Shown here one piece after another: positions 26,682 through 35,745 of a stretch of DNA of 64,000 nt. The notes under the pieces were generated by a model. The model searched no databases, had not been told where the DNA came from, and saw only the letters and a list, made by a program, of their open reading frames with translations. The DNA comes from a virus. The number at the start of each line of letters is the position of its first letter. Position 1 is the stretch's first letter. The translations under genes were made by a program, and so were the position numbers. The stretch lies in IMG/VR virus record IMGVR_UViG_3300020438_000030, positions 3,370-67,369 of that record; one strand, written 5' to 3'.

Positions 26682-26849
26682 ATGACCCTTGATTCATTGG
26701 GCAGAGTCAATCAATCTGATGACTTAATTAGCGACTACTGGACTGGTAAATTAAAAGATAAAGAAGAAATTTTAAAACCAACTGAATTTTTTAAAAGGTA
26801 TTGCGCAGCTGAGCCTTGGATGCCAGAATGCAAAGAATATGATGTCTAA
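26682..26849 (+). CDS. cp12: CP12-like protein (55 aa)
   Basis: C-terminus YCAAEPWMPECKEYDV matches the CP12 C-x3-P-x4-C-x2-YD motif; missed by the ORF track. Confidence 0.75.
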   Translation: MTLDSLGRVNQSDDLISDYWTGKLKDKEEILKPTEFFKRYCAAEPWMPECKEYDV

Positions 26850-26852
26850 AAC

Positions 26853-27584
26853 GTGTCTACTCTTATCACTAATCTTCCTCCTTTAAAGGTATGGGTTAGG
26901 AAAGAATATCTTCGTGATCTAAGAGACGGCTTTGGTGAATATGTTTTAGGGTACTGGACATCTGTAAAGTCTTTACCTGGCAGAGTTTTTTATTTTGAAA
27001 CTTTCTTGCCAAGTTATGGTGCTCTTTATGACAAGCTTCCTATCTCAGCTTTTTTATCTTGGGATTCTGATAGTCCTGAAGCACCTGTAGCGCCATCTCC
27101 TGATCTTCCTTTAGAAGAGTTGCAATTCTGGAATTGTTTTAGTCATGACATTACCACGTTGGAAAAAAATCTTACCTACACAATGGGTTGGGAAATCAGA
27201 ACCAAAACCCACGGGTCTATCCCTGGTGAATACTTGTTTACTATTGACAGTTTTAACGGCGACCGTTCTAGGGCTGACATTTCTTTTGCAGAAACGCCCG
27301 ACGAACACAAATCCTTCAACATCATTGCGTTGCCAAATGGTCAAATTGCAGCGTATCCAAACAACAGATGCCGTCTTACTGATCCTTCTTTGTCCCCAGA
27401 AGAACTCAAACGGCCCGACTTCCTTGTTTCTACACGATACTTTCAAGTAGAAAGTCCTAATGCAAAATGGGGTCGTTTAGGAGAATCAGAAGAATATTTT
27501 TGGGAAACCAAAACAGAAAAAACTTTAGTTGCTTTTACAGCTAATAAAGATAGTTTTGATGAACAACAAGACTTTGATAGGTAG
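26853..27584 (+). CDS. conserved hypothetical phage protein
   Basis: 243 aa, GTG start; VRKEYL, GALYDKLPISAF, WNCFS, GEYLFTID, GQIAAYPNNR. Confidence 0.8.
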   Translation: MSTLITNLPPLKVWVRKEYLRDLRDGFGEYVLGYWTSVKSLPGRVFYFETFLPSYGALYDKLPISAFLSWDSDSPEAPVAPSPDLPLEELQFWNCFSHDITTLEKNLTYTMGWEIRTKTHGSIPGEYLFTIDSFNGDRSRADISFAETPDEHKSFNIIALPNGQIAAYPNNRCRLTDPSLSPEELKRPDFLVSTRYFQVESPNAKWGRLGESEEYFWETKTEKTLVAFTANKDSFDEQQDFDR

Positions 27585-27610
27585 AATATAGAAGTTGAAT
27601 CTACTTTGTT

Positions 27611-27757
27611 ATGCAAGATCTTTTAAGTAGCCCTATTACTTGGATTCTTATTGCTGCTGCTTCTGAAATTATTGCTTTATCTCCTTTGAAAGATAACAGC
27701 ATTATTCAAGTTGTTTTAAAAGCAGTTCTTAAAATTAAACCATCTGTAAAAAAGTAG
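27611..27757 (+). CDS. small membrane protein, holin-like (48 aa); candidate -1 frameshift extends it to 27924
   Basis: MQDLLSSPITWILIAAASEIIALSPLKDNSIIQVVLKAVLKIKPSVKK; ends in A_AAA_AAG_TAG. Confidence 0.7.
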   Translation: MQDLLSSPITWILIAAASEIIALSPLKDNSIIQVVLKAVLKIKPSVKK

Positions 27758-27920
27758 AAGGCATCACTCCTGATGACGCAGTGTTTATTGCACAGTGGTC
27801 ATTAAGGAGTGACAAAAAAAGAATTAAAGATGCACTTAGACGTCGTAGAAATATGGCATTAACAAGTCATCGTATTGATGAAGCCATACGTAAATATAAA
27901 GAAGATACAAACTGGGACGA

Positions 27921-28076
27921 TTAATCATCTAAAGCTTGAAACCAAAAGGTAACGCCTCCATTATCTTCTACATATTTTCTAGTTTTATATGCTTCATCTT
28001 TTTCCATTGTTTTGCAATGTCTTTCTTCTCCTAGTTCCCAACAAATATTGACACGAATAGGTTTATTTGATTTCAT
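27921..28076 (-). CDS. hypothetical protein (51 aa)
   Basis: MKSNKPIRVNICWELG...GGVTFWFQALDD; below the track cutoff. Confidence 0.55.
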   Translation of the reverse strand: MKSNKPIRVNICWELGEERHCKTMEKDEAYKTRKYVEDNGGVTFWFQALDD

Positions 28077-28224
28077 TCTCTAGTTGCATTAGTTTAGCCG
28101 TAGCTAGCGCATTTACTGCTGTCCAAGCTGTTTGTCCAGATACACGCTCTTGATCGCAAAAGTATTCAATAGAATCTTCTAATAATTCTACTAGTTCTTG
28201 TTTTGCAGCATAAGTAAGGATCAT
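28063..28224 (-). CDS. hypothetical cyanophage protein
   Basis: MILTYAAKQELVELLEDSIEYFCDQERVSG. Confidence 0.6.
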   Translation of the reverse strand: MILTYAAKQELVELLEDSIEYFCDQERVSGQTAWTAVNALATAKLMQLENEIK

Positions 28225-28302
28225 GAGTACATAGCCAGTAATAGTAATATTGAAGCACAAATTCCCCAAAAACCGAGGAATGATATTGCTATCAAAGCAC
28301 CT

Positions 28303-29013
28303 TCAGTGTCTGTTGAAAACTTTCTTGCACGTTTCCCATTTTGTATCACGATCTTTTTTTCCGTTCCAGCCTCCGTTGATTCTGTAACAACAGGCATCAA
28401 ATCCTTGTCCAAGACAAATACCTAACAAATCATTATCTTTAATCCATGTTAGTGCAGAACGAAAAGGATATTGTTCAGCAACATAATCACATCCGCGTTC
28501 CACGATAAGTGGATCATGTAATTCAGCGGCCAGACGTGTGTAATTAAATTTTCCTGTCAGCATTAGCACACCGGCTCCTTTATATTTAGGTCCGTCATTT
28601 GGACCATTGCCTAAATCAGAACGGTTATTGTATGCAGTGCCATCTGCAATTTCTTTCATCCAACGAAAGTTTCCTGTTTCATGCATAAGATTTGCAATCA
28701 ACATGCACATTGCATCTGTGTGTTGATCAAACTTTGTAAGCATTAACAATTTATTAAAGTCACCACAAAAAGTTTTATCAAATTTATTTGCTGCCCAACC
28801 AGTTAGTTGTTGCATTATTTCTGGTGTGATGATTTCATCAGTAGGATTAGCTGGACCTGCACGATACAGGTCCGCAAATTCATCTAATTGATCATCAGTT
28901 AGAACTGATTCAAGCCAGTTCCAAGCAGCTAATTGATGTGACTCTTCTTTGTAATACTTAGCTGCTTTGCTCAGATTGATTGTCACTGGTTTCTGCTTCT
29001 GAAGTGGGCTCAT
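28303..29013 (-). CDS. GH19 (chitinase-fold) endolysin
   Basis: HETGNFRWMKE, DLGN, YKGAGVLMLTGKFNY, RINGGWNG; ATG at 29013 preferred. Confidence 0.85.
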   Translation of the reverse strand: MSPLQKQKPVTINLSKAAKYYKEESHQLAAWNWLESVLTDDQLDEFADLYRAGPANPTDEIITPEIMQQLTGWAANKFDKTFCGDFNKLLMLTKFDQHTDAMCMLIANLMHETGNFRWMKEIADGTAYNNRSDLGNGPNDGPKYKGAGVLMLTGKFNYTRLAAELHDPLIVERGCDYVAEQYPFRSALTWIKDNDLLGICLGQGFDACCYRINGGWNGKKDRDTKWETCKKVFNRH

Positions 29014-29152
29014 CTTCTGGATCAAAGTTAAGATCTTCCAGAAGTTCTCCAATAAGCCTACCAGAAAATGCAACAAGATTTTGATCTCCTGTAGAACGAG
29101 CAGCACCAAAAGAATTAATGGCTGATACTAATTCAGATTTTTTGCAGGCCAT
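28958..29152 (-). CDS. hypothetical protein
   Basis: 64-aa ORF between tail fibre and lysin genes. Confidence 0.6.
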   Translation of the reverse strand: MACKKSELVSAINSFGAARSTGDQNLVAFSGRLIGELLEDLNFDPEDEPTSEAETSDNQSEQSS

Positions 29153-29180
29153 AGTTAATAGTTATAACTTAAACAATATA

Positions 29181-30992
29181 TCAGTTATTTTTTAAAGCTG
29201 CAACTTCGGTTTCCAGGGTTTCTATCTTTGCGATTGCTTCCTGCAGTGCAGCAGTTAACAACGGTATAAGCTTGGATTTATCAATGCCTTGCATTACAGC
29301 TTTACCGTGTTCATCTACTTCGTCTTTAGTTCCAGTAACAGCCTGTGGTACGACAGCCTGTACTTCGTGAGCCAAGAAGCCGTCAACTTTGTCACCAGAA
29401 ACACCAATAAAATTAAAGCGGTGAGCTTTAAGTTCATTGATACGGTCAATGGCTCCGGTCAGTGAAACAACGTTTTCTTTTAAACGATAGTCTGAAGTTT
29501 CTATGTAACTGGTAGAACTGCCATTAATTGAGATTTTTCCTCTTTCAGTGCCTCCATTGTCATGAAAAGTAATCATATTTCCACTTACATTGTTCCCAGA
29601 GTTATTTGCATATGAATTTCTCAGCATCAAACAAGTGTAGTTAACATTTGTTGATTGAAAAATCACTATGCCATGGCTGTTTCCTTGGAAAGCAGCCATT
29701 TCTCCAGCGCCGTTGTAATTACTTGTGCGACCCTTAAGTAAATTGCCCGAGCTAGTGATTCGCATCCGCTCGGTAGATCCGCCAGTTGTAAAAATTAAAT
29801 GCTGACCTGATCTTACGGCTAAATCATTTCCACTACCACCAGCCGCTATAAGACCTGCACTGCCTATATAACCAGCAAAACCATTACCAGCTTGATTCGC
29901 AAATTCAAGATATTGTTTAAACGACACACCACCATCGGAGTGAATTCTCATCCGCTCGGAACTGTTGGTATCAAACGTTATTGTTTTGGCGTCACTGGAG
30001 TGGGTTGATCCGTGAAGGTCTATATTTGCTGAGCCACTACCTCCACCACTTAAGTGCAATGCAGCTGCAGAATTAGCGTTAAAAATTTGGTTAAATGTTG
30101 AGCTAGAACTGCCTAGCGTAATCGAGCCCGCAAATGAAGCAGCACCGTCCGCACTGATAAGTGAGGTAGTAGTACCATTTAATTGTCCATAGAATAAACC
30201 ATTAGACCCAGTAGCTCTATTTATAGTCAAGTTTGCATTGCCGCCGCCTAATCCATTTATTAATAGCCCATTGTTAGCACTATGATCCCCAAACTCAGCG
30301 GAGCCGTCCGCATTAATCGTGCTAGTTACTGTTCCATTTAACTTGCCATTCCAAAGATCATTAGTACCTGCTGTTCTGTTCGAAACGTATGTTCCATTTT
30401 GTGAGATATAAGCTGCATTAGTTGAGGAAGTAGCTGTTCCTCCTACTATTACATTCCCCGAGCTGTCAATTCGCATCCGCTCAGTATTAGCGGTCCCAAA
30501 TGTCATTAAATTCCCATCAAACATTTTAAGCAGACAATGAGGAGTGTTATCATTGCCTCCATTCGCGAGAATTAGATCGCCAGCGCTGTTAGAGATCCAG
30601 GCTTCACGCGTGTCACTCCCATCTTTTAATCGAATACTTGGAGTTGTACTTGCATCACTATTACCTTTGATAACAAGCAAAGCATCTATAGATGTTTCGC
30701 CAATCCCAACCTTGCCCAAGCTGTCTACACGTATACGTTCTGTCGCTGCAGTTGTAATTGCTACTGTATCTGCTGCAGGAGAATAAAGACCAGTATTATT
30801 ATCATCAATAAAAGTAACACCTGGAGCACTTACAGTTCCAGATGCAAATTCTGCAGTACCACTAACAGTTAGATTTGTTCCACCAGATATTGTAATACCA
30901 CTTGCAAATACACTAGTACCATCCTCCAGCAGAACGATGTTTGGTTCCGTTGCATCAGTGTGCTGAAGGTTAACGACTCTGATGGTACTCAT
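29181..30992 (-). CDS. tail fibre with C-terminal intramolecular chaperone (peptidase S74)
   Basis: G/S/T/N-rich, ERMRIxSSG repeats, SDYRLKEN, GFLAHEVQ, C-terminal coiled coil. Confidence 0.88.
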   Translation of the reverse strand: MSTIRVVNLQHTDATEPNIVLLEDGTSVFASGITISGGTNLTVSGTAEFASGTVSAPGVTFIDDNNTGLYSPAADTVAITTAATERIRVDSLGKVGIGETSIDALLVIKGNSDASTTPSIRLKDGSDTREAWISNSAGDLILANGGNDNTPHCLLKMFDGNLMTFGTANTERMRIDSSGNVIVGGTATSSTNAAYISQNGTYVSNRTAGTNDLWNGKLNGTVTSTINADGSAEFGDHSANNGLLINGLGGGNANLTINRATGSNGLFYGQLNGTTTSLISADGAASFAGSITLGSSSSTFNQIFNANSAAALHLSGGGSGSANIDLHGSTHSSDAKTITFDTNSSERMRIHSDGGVSFKQYLEFANQAGNGFAGYIGSAGLIAAGGSGNDLAVRSGQHLIFTTGGSTERMRITSSGNLLKGRTSNYNGAGEMAAFQGNSHGIVIFQSTNVNYTCLMLRNSYANNSGNNVSGNMITFHDNGGTERGKISINGSSTSYIETSDYRLKENVVSLTGAIDRINELKAHRFNFIGVSGDKVDGFLAHEVQAVVPQAVTGTKDEVDEHGKAVMQGIDKSKLIPLLTAALQEAIAKIETLETEVAALKNN

Positions 30993-31046
30993 TTCTACGC
31001 AGTCTAATATCTTCTATTTTAACTCCAAAATACTGTTAACTATCTA

Positions 31047-31379
31047 TCACCAAGGAATACCTGCAGCATGTGTAGGATTTTCTTGCTCATCTAGATCAGA
31101 AGTTAAACTAGATTCCATGGAAGCAACTTGCTCTTCACCTAAGGAATCTTGCACCCAACCAATACAGATTGCTTCTGTTAAATCATCGTAAGCAACAAAG
31201 CCTGGATCAGAAGGATCAGCTGTAAAACCTTGTGAACCATAAGCACCTGAGTTGTAGTCTTCACCACTTACTTCGGGGTTGGGGCGAGAAGCTGCCAGAT
31301 TCCAATGCACTGTATAGACTACACCATCAGAAAGTTCACGATCTAAAGTATTAACAGACCAAGTGTACGTATCAGCCAT
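31047..31379 (-). CDS. tail-fibre-associated small protein
   Basis: YTWSV..LDR...VYTVHW...FVAYDDLTE...WV...GIPW pattern typical of fibre-adjacent proteins. Confidence 0.65.
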   Translation of the reverse strand: MADTYTWSVNTLDRELSDGVVYTVHWNLAASRPNPEVSGEDYNSGAYGSQGFTADPSDPGFVAYDDLTEAICIGWVQDSLGEEQVASMESSLTSDLDEQENPTHAAGIPW

Positions 31380-31412
31380 TGTTATTAAGTAGTTTTTATT
31401 ATTTTAACAGTA

Positions 31413-31799
31413 TTAAACAATATGCATACTTTCTAATGGTTCTAATACATTAGAAGAAAAATAATTTTGTGCATCAGCTTGTTGTTTAATTGTTAATAAT
31501 TTAAGAAATTCAATATCATCTGAAACCACACAATCGATACCGTCAAATCCTTTTTCAATACCAACGCGTAATCTTAAACCTCCATTCCATAGTTCTCTGC
31601 CATGCAGAAGAAGTGGGTTGCCCAGTTGATCTTGCTTTAAAAGTTCATAGTAACGTTCAAATTTTGGTTGATCTAGACAATTACGACAGGGTTTACCACT
31701 CCAAGTAATATCATCAAAAAGAATTTCCTGAAGTGGTTGATTATAATTGTATTTAGCTTTCCAGATTTTTAACACGTTCTTTAAGTTTTTCAATTTCAA
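31413..31799 (-). CDS. hypothetical protein, weak ParB/Srx-like motif
   Basis: GNPLLL...LWNGGLRLRVG..KG...IDCVV; start uncertain. Confidence 0.45.
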   Translation of the reverse strand: MKLKNLKNVLKIWKAKYNYNQPLQEILFDDITWSGKPCRNCLDQPKFERYYELLKQDQLGNPLLLHGRELWNGGLRLRVGIEKGFDGIDCVVSDDIEFLKLLTIKQQADAQNYFSSNVLEPLESMHIV

Positions 31800-33786
31800 G
31801 AATTGATTCTTGCAATGCAGCAGTCAAAAGCGGAATAAGCTTGGATTGATCTATATATTGCATCTTTTCACCGTCTTTTTCACCTGTTACTGATTCAGGT
31901 ACAACCAATTGAGCTTCATGAGCAAGAAAGCCATCAACTGTTAGCTCAGCATCAGTAATAAAATTAAAACGATGAACTGGTAAGTTTTTAAGACGAGGAA
32001 TAGCATCAGTTAAATCAACAATGTTTTCCTTAAGTCTGTAGTCAGAACTTGTATTGTAAGCAGTGCTGCTACTGCTAGTTACAATAGTACCAACAGTAGT
32101 ACCGGCTGTATTTCTAAAGCTAACAATTTGCCCATTATTTGTATTCCTACGAAGAACAAGAGCTTCTCCATTTGTACGAGTAATAACTACTTCACCGTGA
32201 GCTCTAATCTCAGTGCCTTGAGCTGCAAAATTACTACCTGATTTTCCAACCAACAAATTGCCTGAGCTGTCAAACAGTCCTCGTTGTAGTCCGTTTGTAG
32301 CAAAAATTACTCCACCAGCTTGGTAGTTCCATATATATGCATTAGTCGCATCTCCCATGCCCATCACAAGACCGTCTGATGCACCAGAACCTGTGCCTGT
32401 ATTTGTTGACTGTATATAGGCAGAGCTGGCCGTATCTCCATTGTGCATTTGAACATATCTAGCAGGATTAGATGATGTTGTTCGCCCAATAACTAAAGTA
32501 CCCGAGTTGGTGATTCTCATCTTCTCGGTATTATTTGTTCCAAAAATTGTAGATTGGTTTTCATAATTCCATAGATACATATTCTGACCACCCCAGTTTC
32601 CAACGAAACCTCCTTGGCTAGAACCAGTACCTGTATTAGGATTTTGAAATAATACTGCCGTACCAAGTGTTGCACTATAAATATTTAAAGCCGCAGTACC
32701 AGCAGCACTATTGCCCATGTGAACTCTACCCGAGCTGTCGATTCGCATCCGCTCTGCAGCATTTACCATAAATTGCATGTGATCAGTATTATGTGCATAT
32801 CGAATACCACCGGCAAACCTAGAATTTCCTGTTGTACCGTCTGCAAAAAATATCTCAGTATCAGAGGTTGTGCCTCCTCTTAAAGTCATTCCGCAATGAG
32901 ATGCACGCGCTATTGTTAAAGCATCACCATAAATAGCAAATCCTGGAGTTGTTGTTCCTAAAAGCAACCTGCCTGAGCTGTCGATTCGCATGCGCTCGAC
33001 CGGACCAGCAGTATTTAACGCAGTGTTCGAAAAGGTCATATATGACCCTCTTGCACTACCAGTCCATGTTTGATCTGAATGGACTTCAATCTCGGCTGTA
33101 TTTGCAGAGCCCTCTCCATAACTAAGTGCACCAATTAGCTGATTTGAACCGCTAACACTTGCACCTTTTTGAATAGTAATAGCACCTGCGCCTGCACTGT
33201 TATTCCCATTGCCTTTGACACATAAAAGCCCACTGTTGCTTGTTGACGTATTACCTATTAACACACGTCCAGAAGATGTAATTCGCATCCACTCTGCACC
33301 TGCCGTGCCAAAACCTAGGTAATCATCAGAATGACCGTAAGCTACAAATCCTCTAAGACCGCCTGCAGCATCATTAAAAACAAGTTGCCCAAAGCTAGAT
33401 GCACCTGACTTAATAGTCATTCCACTATTGCCAGTGCTATTAATAACTAAATCATTAGCAGCAGACCACCCATCGCCAGATGGATCTGTGCTTCCAATCC
33501 CAATATTTCCCGAGCTGTCAATATTTAAACGGTTATTACCACCAGTAACTAAGTTAAGAGTATTAGTACCAGAAGAATATAAGCCAGTATCAGTATCTCC
33601 TTCAAAGGTAAGAGAAGGCTGTGATGCAGATCCTAACTCAAGCGTTAGTTTTGATATAGGTGAGTCAGTAGTAAGAAGGGTACCACCAGCCGTGGGTAGA
33701 ATAAAGGTTTGGTCTGCAGCTACAGCAGGTGCTTGGAGTTCAGAATAACCAGATGTTGCACCACGCAGCCTTAAAGTACCCGACAT
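31753..33786 (-). CDS. tail fibre with C-terminal intramolecular chaperone (peptidase S74)
   Basis: ERMRIDSSG repeats, AYNTSSDYRLKENI, GFLAHE. Confidence 0.88.
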   Translation of the reverse strand: MSGTLRLRGATSGYSELQAPAVAADQTFILPTAGGTLLTTDSPISKLTLELGSASQPSLTFEGDTDTGLYSSGTNTLNLVTGGNNRLNIDSSGNIGIGSTDPSGDGWSAANDLVINSTGNSGMTIKSGASSFGQLVFNDAAGGLRGFVAYGHSDDYLGFGTAGAEWMRITSSGRVLIGNTSTSNSGLLCVKGNGNNSAGAGAITIQKGASVSGSNQLIGALSYGEGSANTAEIEVHSDQTWTGSARGSYMTFSNTALNTAGPVERMRIDSSGRLLLGTTTPGFAIYGDALTIARASHCGMTLRGGTTSDTEIFFADGTTGNSRFAGGIRYAHNTDHMQFMVNAAERMRIDSSGRVHMGNSAAGTAALNIYSATLGTAVLFQNPNTGTGSSQGGFVGNWGGQNMYLWNYENQSTIFGTNNTEKMRITNSGTLVIGRTTSSNPARYVQMHNGDTASSAYIQSTNTGTGSGASDGLVMGMGDATNAYIWNYQAGGVIFATNGLQRGLFDSSGNLLVGKSGSNFAAQGTEIRAHGEVVITRTNGEALVLRRNTNNGQIVSFRNTAGTTVGTIVTSSSSTAYNTSSDYRLKENIVDLTDAIPRLKNLPVHRFNFITDAELTVDGFLAHEAQLVVPESVTGEKDGEKMQYIDQSKLIPLLTAALQESILEIEKLKERVKNLES

Positions 33787-33809
33787 TTTACTACTTTACT
33801 TTTTTCTAA

Positions 33810-34064
33810 TTATACGTCAGGTTGTTGTGCTGCAATGCTTGCTAGATAAGCATCGATTAGTTCTTGTGTCCAAAGAACACCAGCTACATCTTGTACTTCT
33901 TGTGGTGCTTCAGATACATCATCACCAGGGGAATAGACAGTACGGTGATAAGACCGTGCAATTTCAGCACCATCTTTAGAAATGATATCAGCACGACGGC
34001 ATTGGATAATGCTATAAGGAGGAATAATTTCCAACTTATATTCAAAAGATTCTGTTAAAGCCAT
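33810..34064 (-). CDS. tail-fibre-associated small protein
   Basis: IQCRRADII.KDG.EIARSYHR...PGDDVS. Confidence 0.7.
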   Translation of the reverse strand: MALTESFEYKLEIIPPYSIIQCRRADIISKDGAEIARSYHRTVYSPGDDVSEAPQEVQDVAGVLWTQELIDAYLASIAAQQPDV

Positions 34065-34126
34065 ATTAGGAACTACCGACTGGTAGAAACAGGTTTAATG
34101 ATTTTTAGTTTTGAGCCAGTTGCGGG

Positions 34127-35734
34127 CTATGAAGTCCTGTAAGAAAATACTCCATCAAGTCTTGTGGTATTAGCAAGAATAGTTGAACTATTGACCATGG
34201 CACTTCCACCTCCTGCAGGTATATGATTCACATAAGCTTGACCTGTACCAGCTCTAGCATTTAATTGAAGTGCTGATACACTAATTCCTAAGTTATTAAA
34301 ATAGGCAATGCTACCTGAGCCAGATCCAGCTAAACCTTGAACTACATAAGGAAAGCCACCAACCAAAATACCAGTACCTGATAACGTTCCTTTATTTGTT
34401 AGTTCAACATAAAAACTAGCAATAACTATTTTTCCTACTTTTACATAATATCCTTGTATAGTTGCTATATATGATTGACCTGAAGCTCCTGCTGTTCCTA
34501 TAATGCTTGGAGTAAAAGTACCTTCTTCGTAATCATCTAGCGCATTTGCTTGTGCAGTATCACCGTTAAATGTAAGTCCGCCAGCAGCAAGAATTCGCAT
34601 TCGCTCCTGAGCATTAGTTAGAAATCTTAGGTTGCTATTCTCCATTTGGGCAACCTCAGCGTGTGTATCACTGCCTACTTTTAGTTGGAACCCTTGACTA
34701 TCGTTAGCTGCACCCGTAGCACCATTTGTAAGCATTATGCCTACAGTTGCTGATGATGATTGATGAATATGTAAGTGGCGTTGCGGTGTTATTCCAATCC
34801 CAACATTGCCCGAGCTGTCGATTCGCATCCGCTCGGTTGAGCCTGCTTCACCATCTCCAGTAGTCGAGAATGTCAAAGCACCTGGCATGTCATCAGTGCC
34901 AGGGGTGCCGTCTATAACAGAAGAAATTTTTGCACATTCAACAAAGTGACTTCCATCTGCACCTTGAAAATTAACTACACCAACAGTATTACCGTCTGAC
35001 ACTAATGTATTGCCACCAACACTAGCGCTGCCCGATTTAGCAAGTATTAGTTGTGCGCCTAGTGTACTGCCAGCAAAGTTAGAAACAACAGACAAAGCAT
35101 AATTTGAATTACTTCCACTGCCTTCTAGTTGAATATGTGGGCTGTTAGTAGAATTGTAGAAATTACTACGCGCAACATTCGTACCAATCAACAGCTTGCC
35201 CGAGCTGTCGATTCGCATTGCTTCACTGGCACTTCCAGCAGCTGCAGTATGGAACTGCAGTACACCATCATCTTTATTTGTTGTATCAGTTCCAGTGCCA
35301 CCGATAATACGAGCAACCTGAGTATTATTCCAGTTAAAATCAAGAATGCCTAATGCAGCGTCAGCACCAGACCTATTAGCGTGAAAATCAATCTTGCCAA
35401 AAACATTAGTGGAGCTTGATAATCGGATACCTTCATTGTTAGAATCTATTGCTAAATCTAAGTTGTTTGCAGGACTTGCAGTTCCAATCCCTACGCGACT
35501 CGCGCTGTCGATTAATATCGCATTAGTACCGGCAGTAGATAGACCAATACTATTAGTGCCTGCATAATATAAACCGTTATCTGTATCACCACTAAACGTA
35601 TAAGAAGGTGCTGCAGCTGTACCTGAAACTGCTTCAATTGGTGTGGTCATAGTGAGACCACTAATACTTATCGTAGGTTCTTCAAGAGAAGTACATCCTG
35701 TAATTGCACCGTCGCCGCCAAGTCGTAATGTCAT
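34127..35734 (-). CDS. tail fibre protein
   Basis: GTAAAPSYTFSGDTDNG, MRIDSSG repeats, ALDDYEEGTFTP, YVKVGKIV receptor-binding-like C-domain. Confidence 0.85.
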   Translation of the reverse strand: MTLRLGGDGAITGCTSLEEPTISISGLTMTTPIEAVSGTAAAPSYTFSGDTDNGLYYAGTNSIGLSTAGTNAILIDSASRVGIGTASPANNLDLAIDSNNEGIRLSSSTNVFGKIDFHANRSGADAALGILDFNWNNTQVARIIGGTGTDTTNKDDGVLQFHTAAAGSASEAMRIDSSGKLLIGTNVARSNFYNSTNSPHIQLEGSGSNSNYALSVVSNFAGSTLGAQLILAKSGSASVGGNTLVSDGNTVGVVNFQGADGSHFVECAKISSVIDGTPGTDDMPGALTFSTTGDGEAGSTERMRIDSSGNVGIGITPQRHLHIHQSSSATVGIMLTNGATGAANDSQGFQLKVGSDTHAEVAQMENSNLRFLTNAQERMRILAAGGLTFNGDTAQANALDDYEEGTFTPSIIGTAGASGQSYIATIQGYYVKVGKIVIASFYVELTNKGTLSGTGILVGGFPYVVQGLAGSGSGSIAYFNNLGISVSALQLNARAGTGQAYVNHIPAGGGSAMVNSSTILANTTRLDGVFSYRTS

Positions 35735-35745
35735 TGTTCTTTAAA

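Noticed and set aside
28221-28412. 63-aa ORF with a hydrophobic C-terminus as a spanin or holin
   Set aside because: Mostly nested in the lysin gene, start unclear and no lipobox; cannot be supported
29181-35734. Diversity-generating retroelement or invertible shufflon acting on the fibres
   Set aside because: No reverse transcriptase, no TR/VR pair with adenine-specific differences, all repeats in the same orientation, and no intact recombinase in the window
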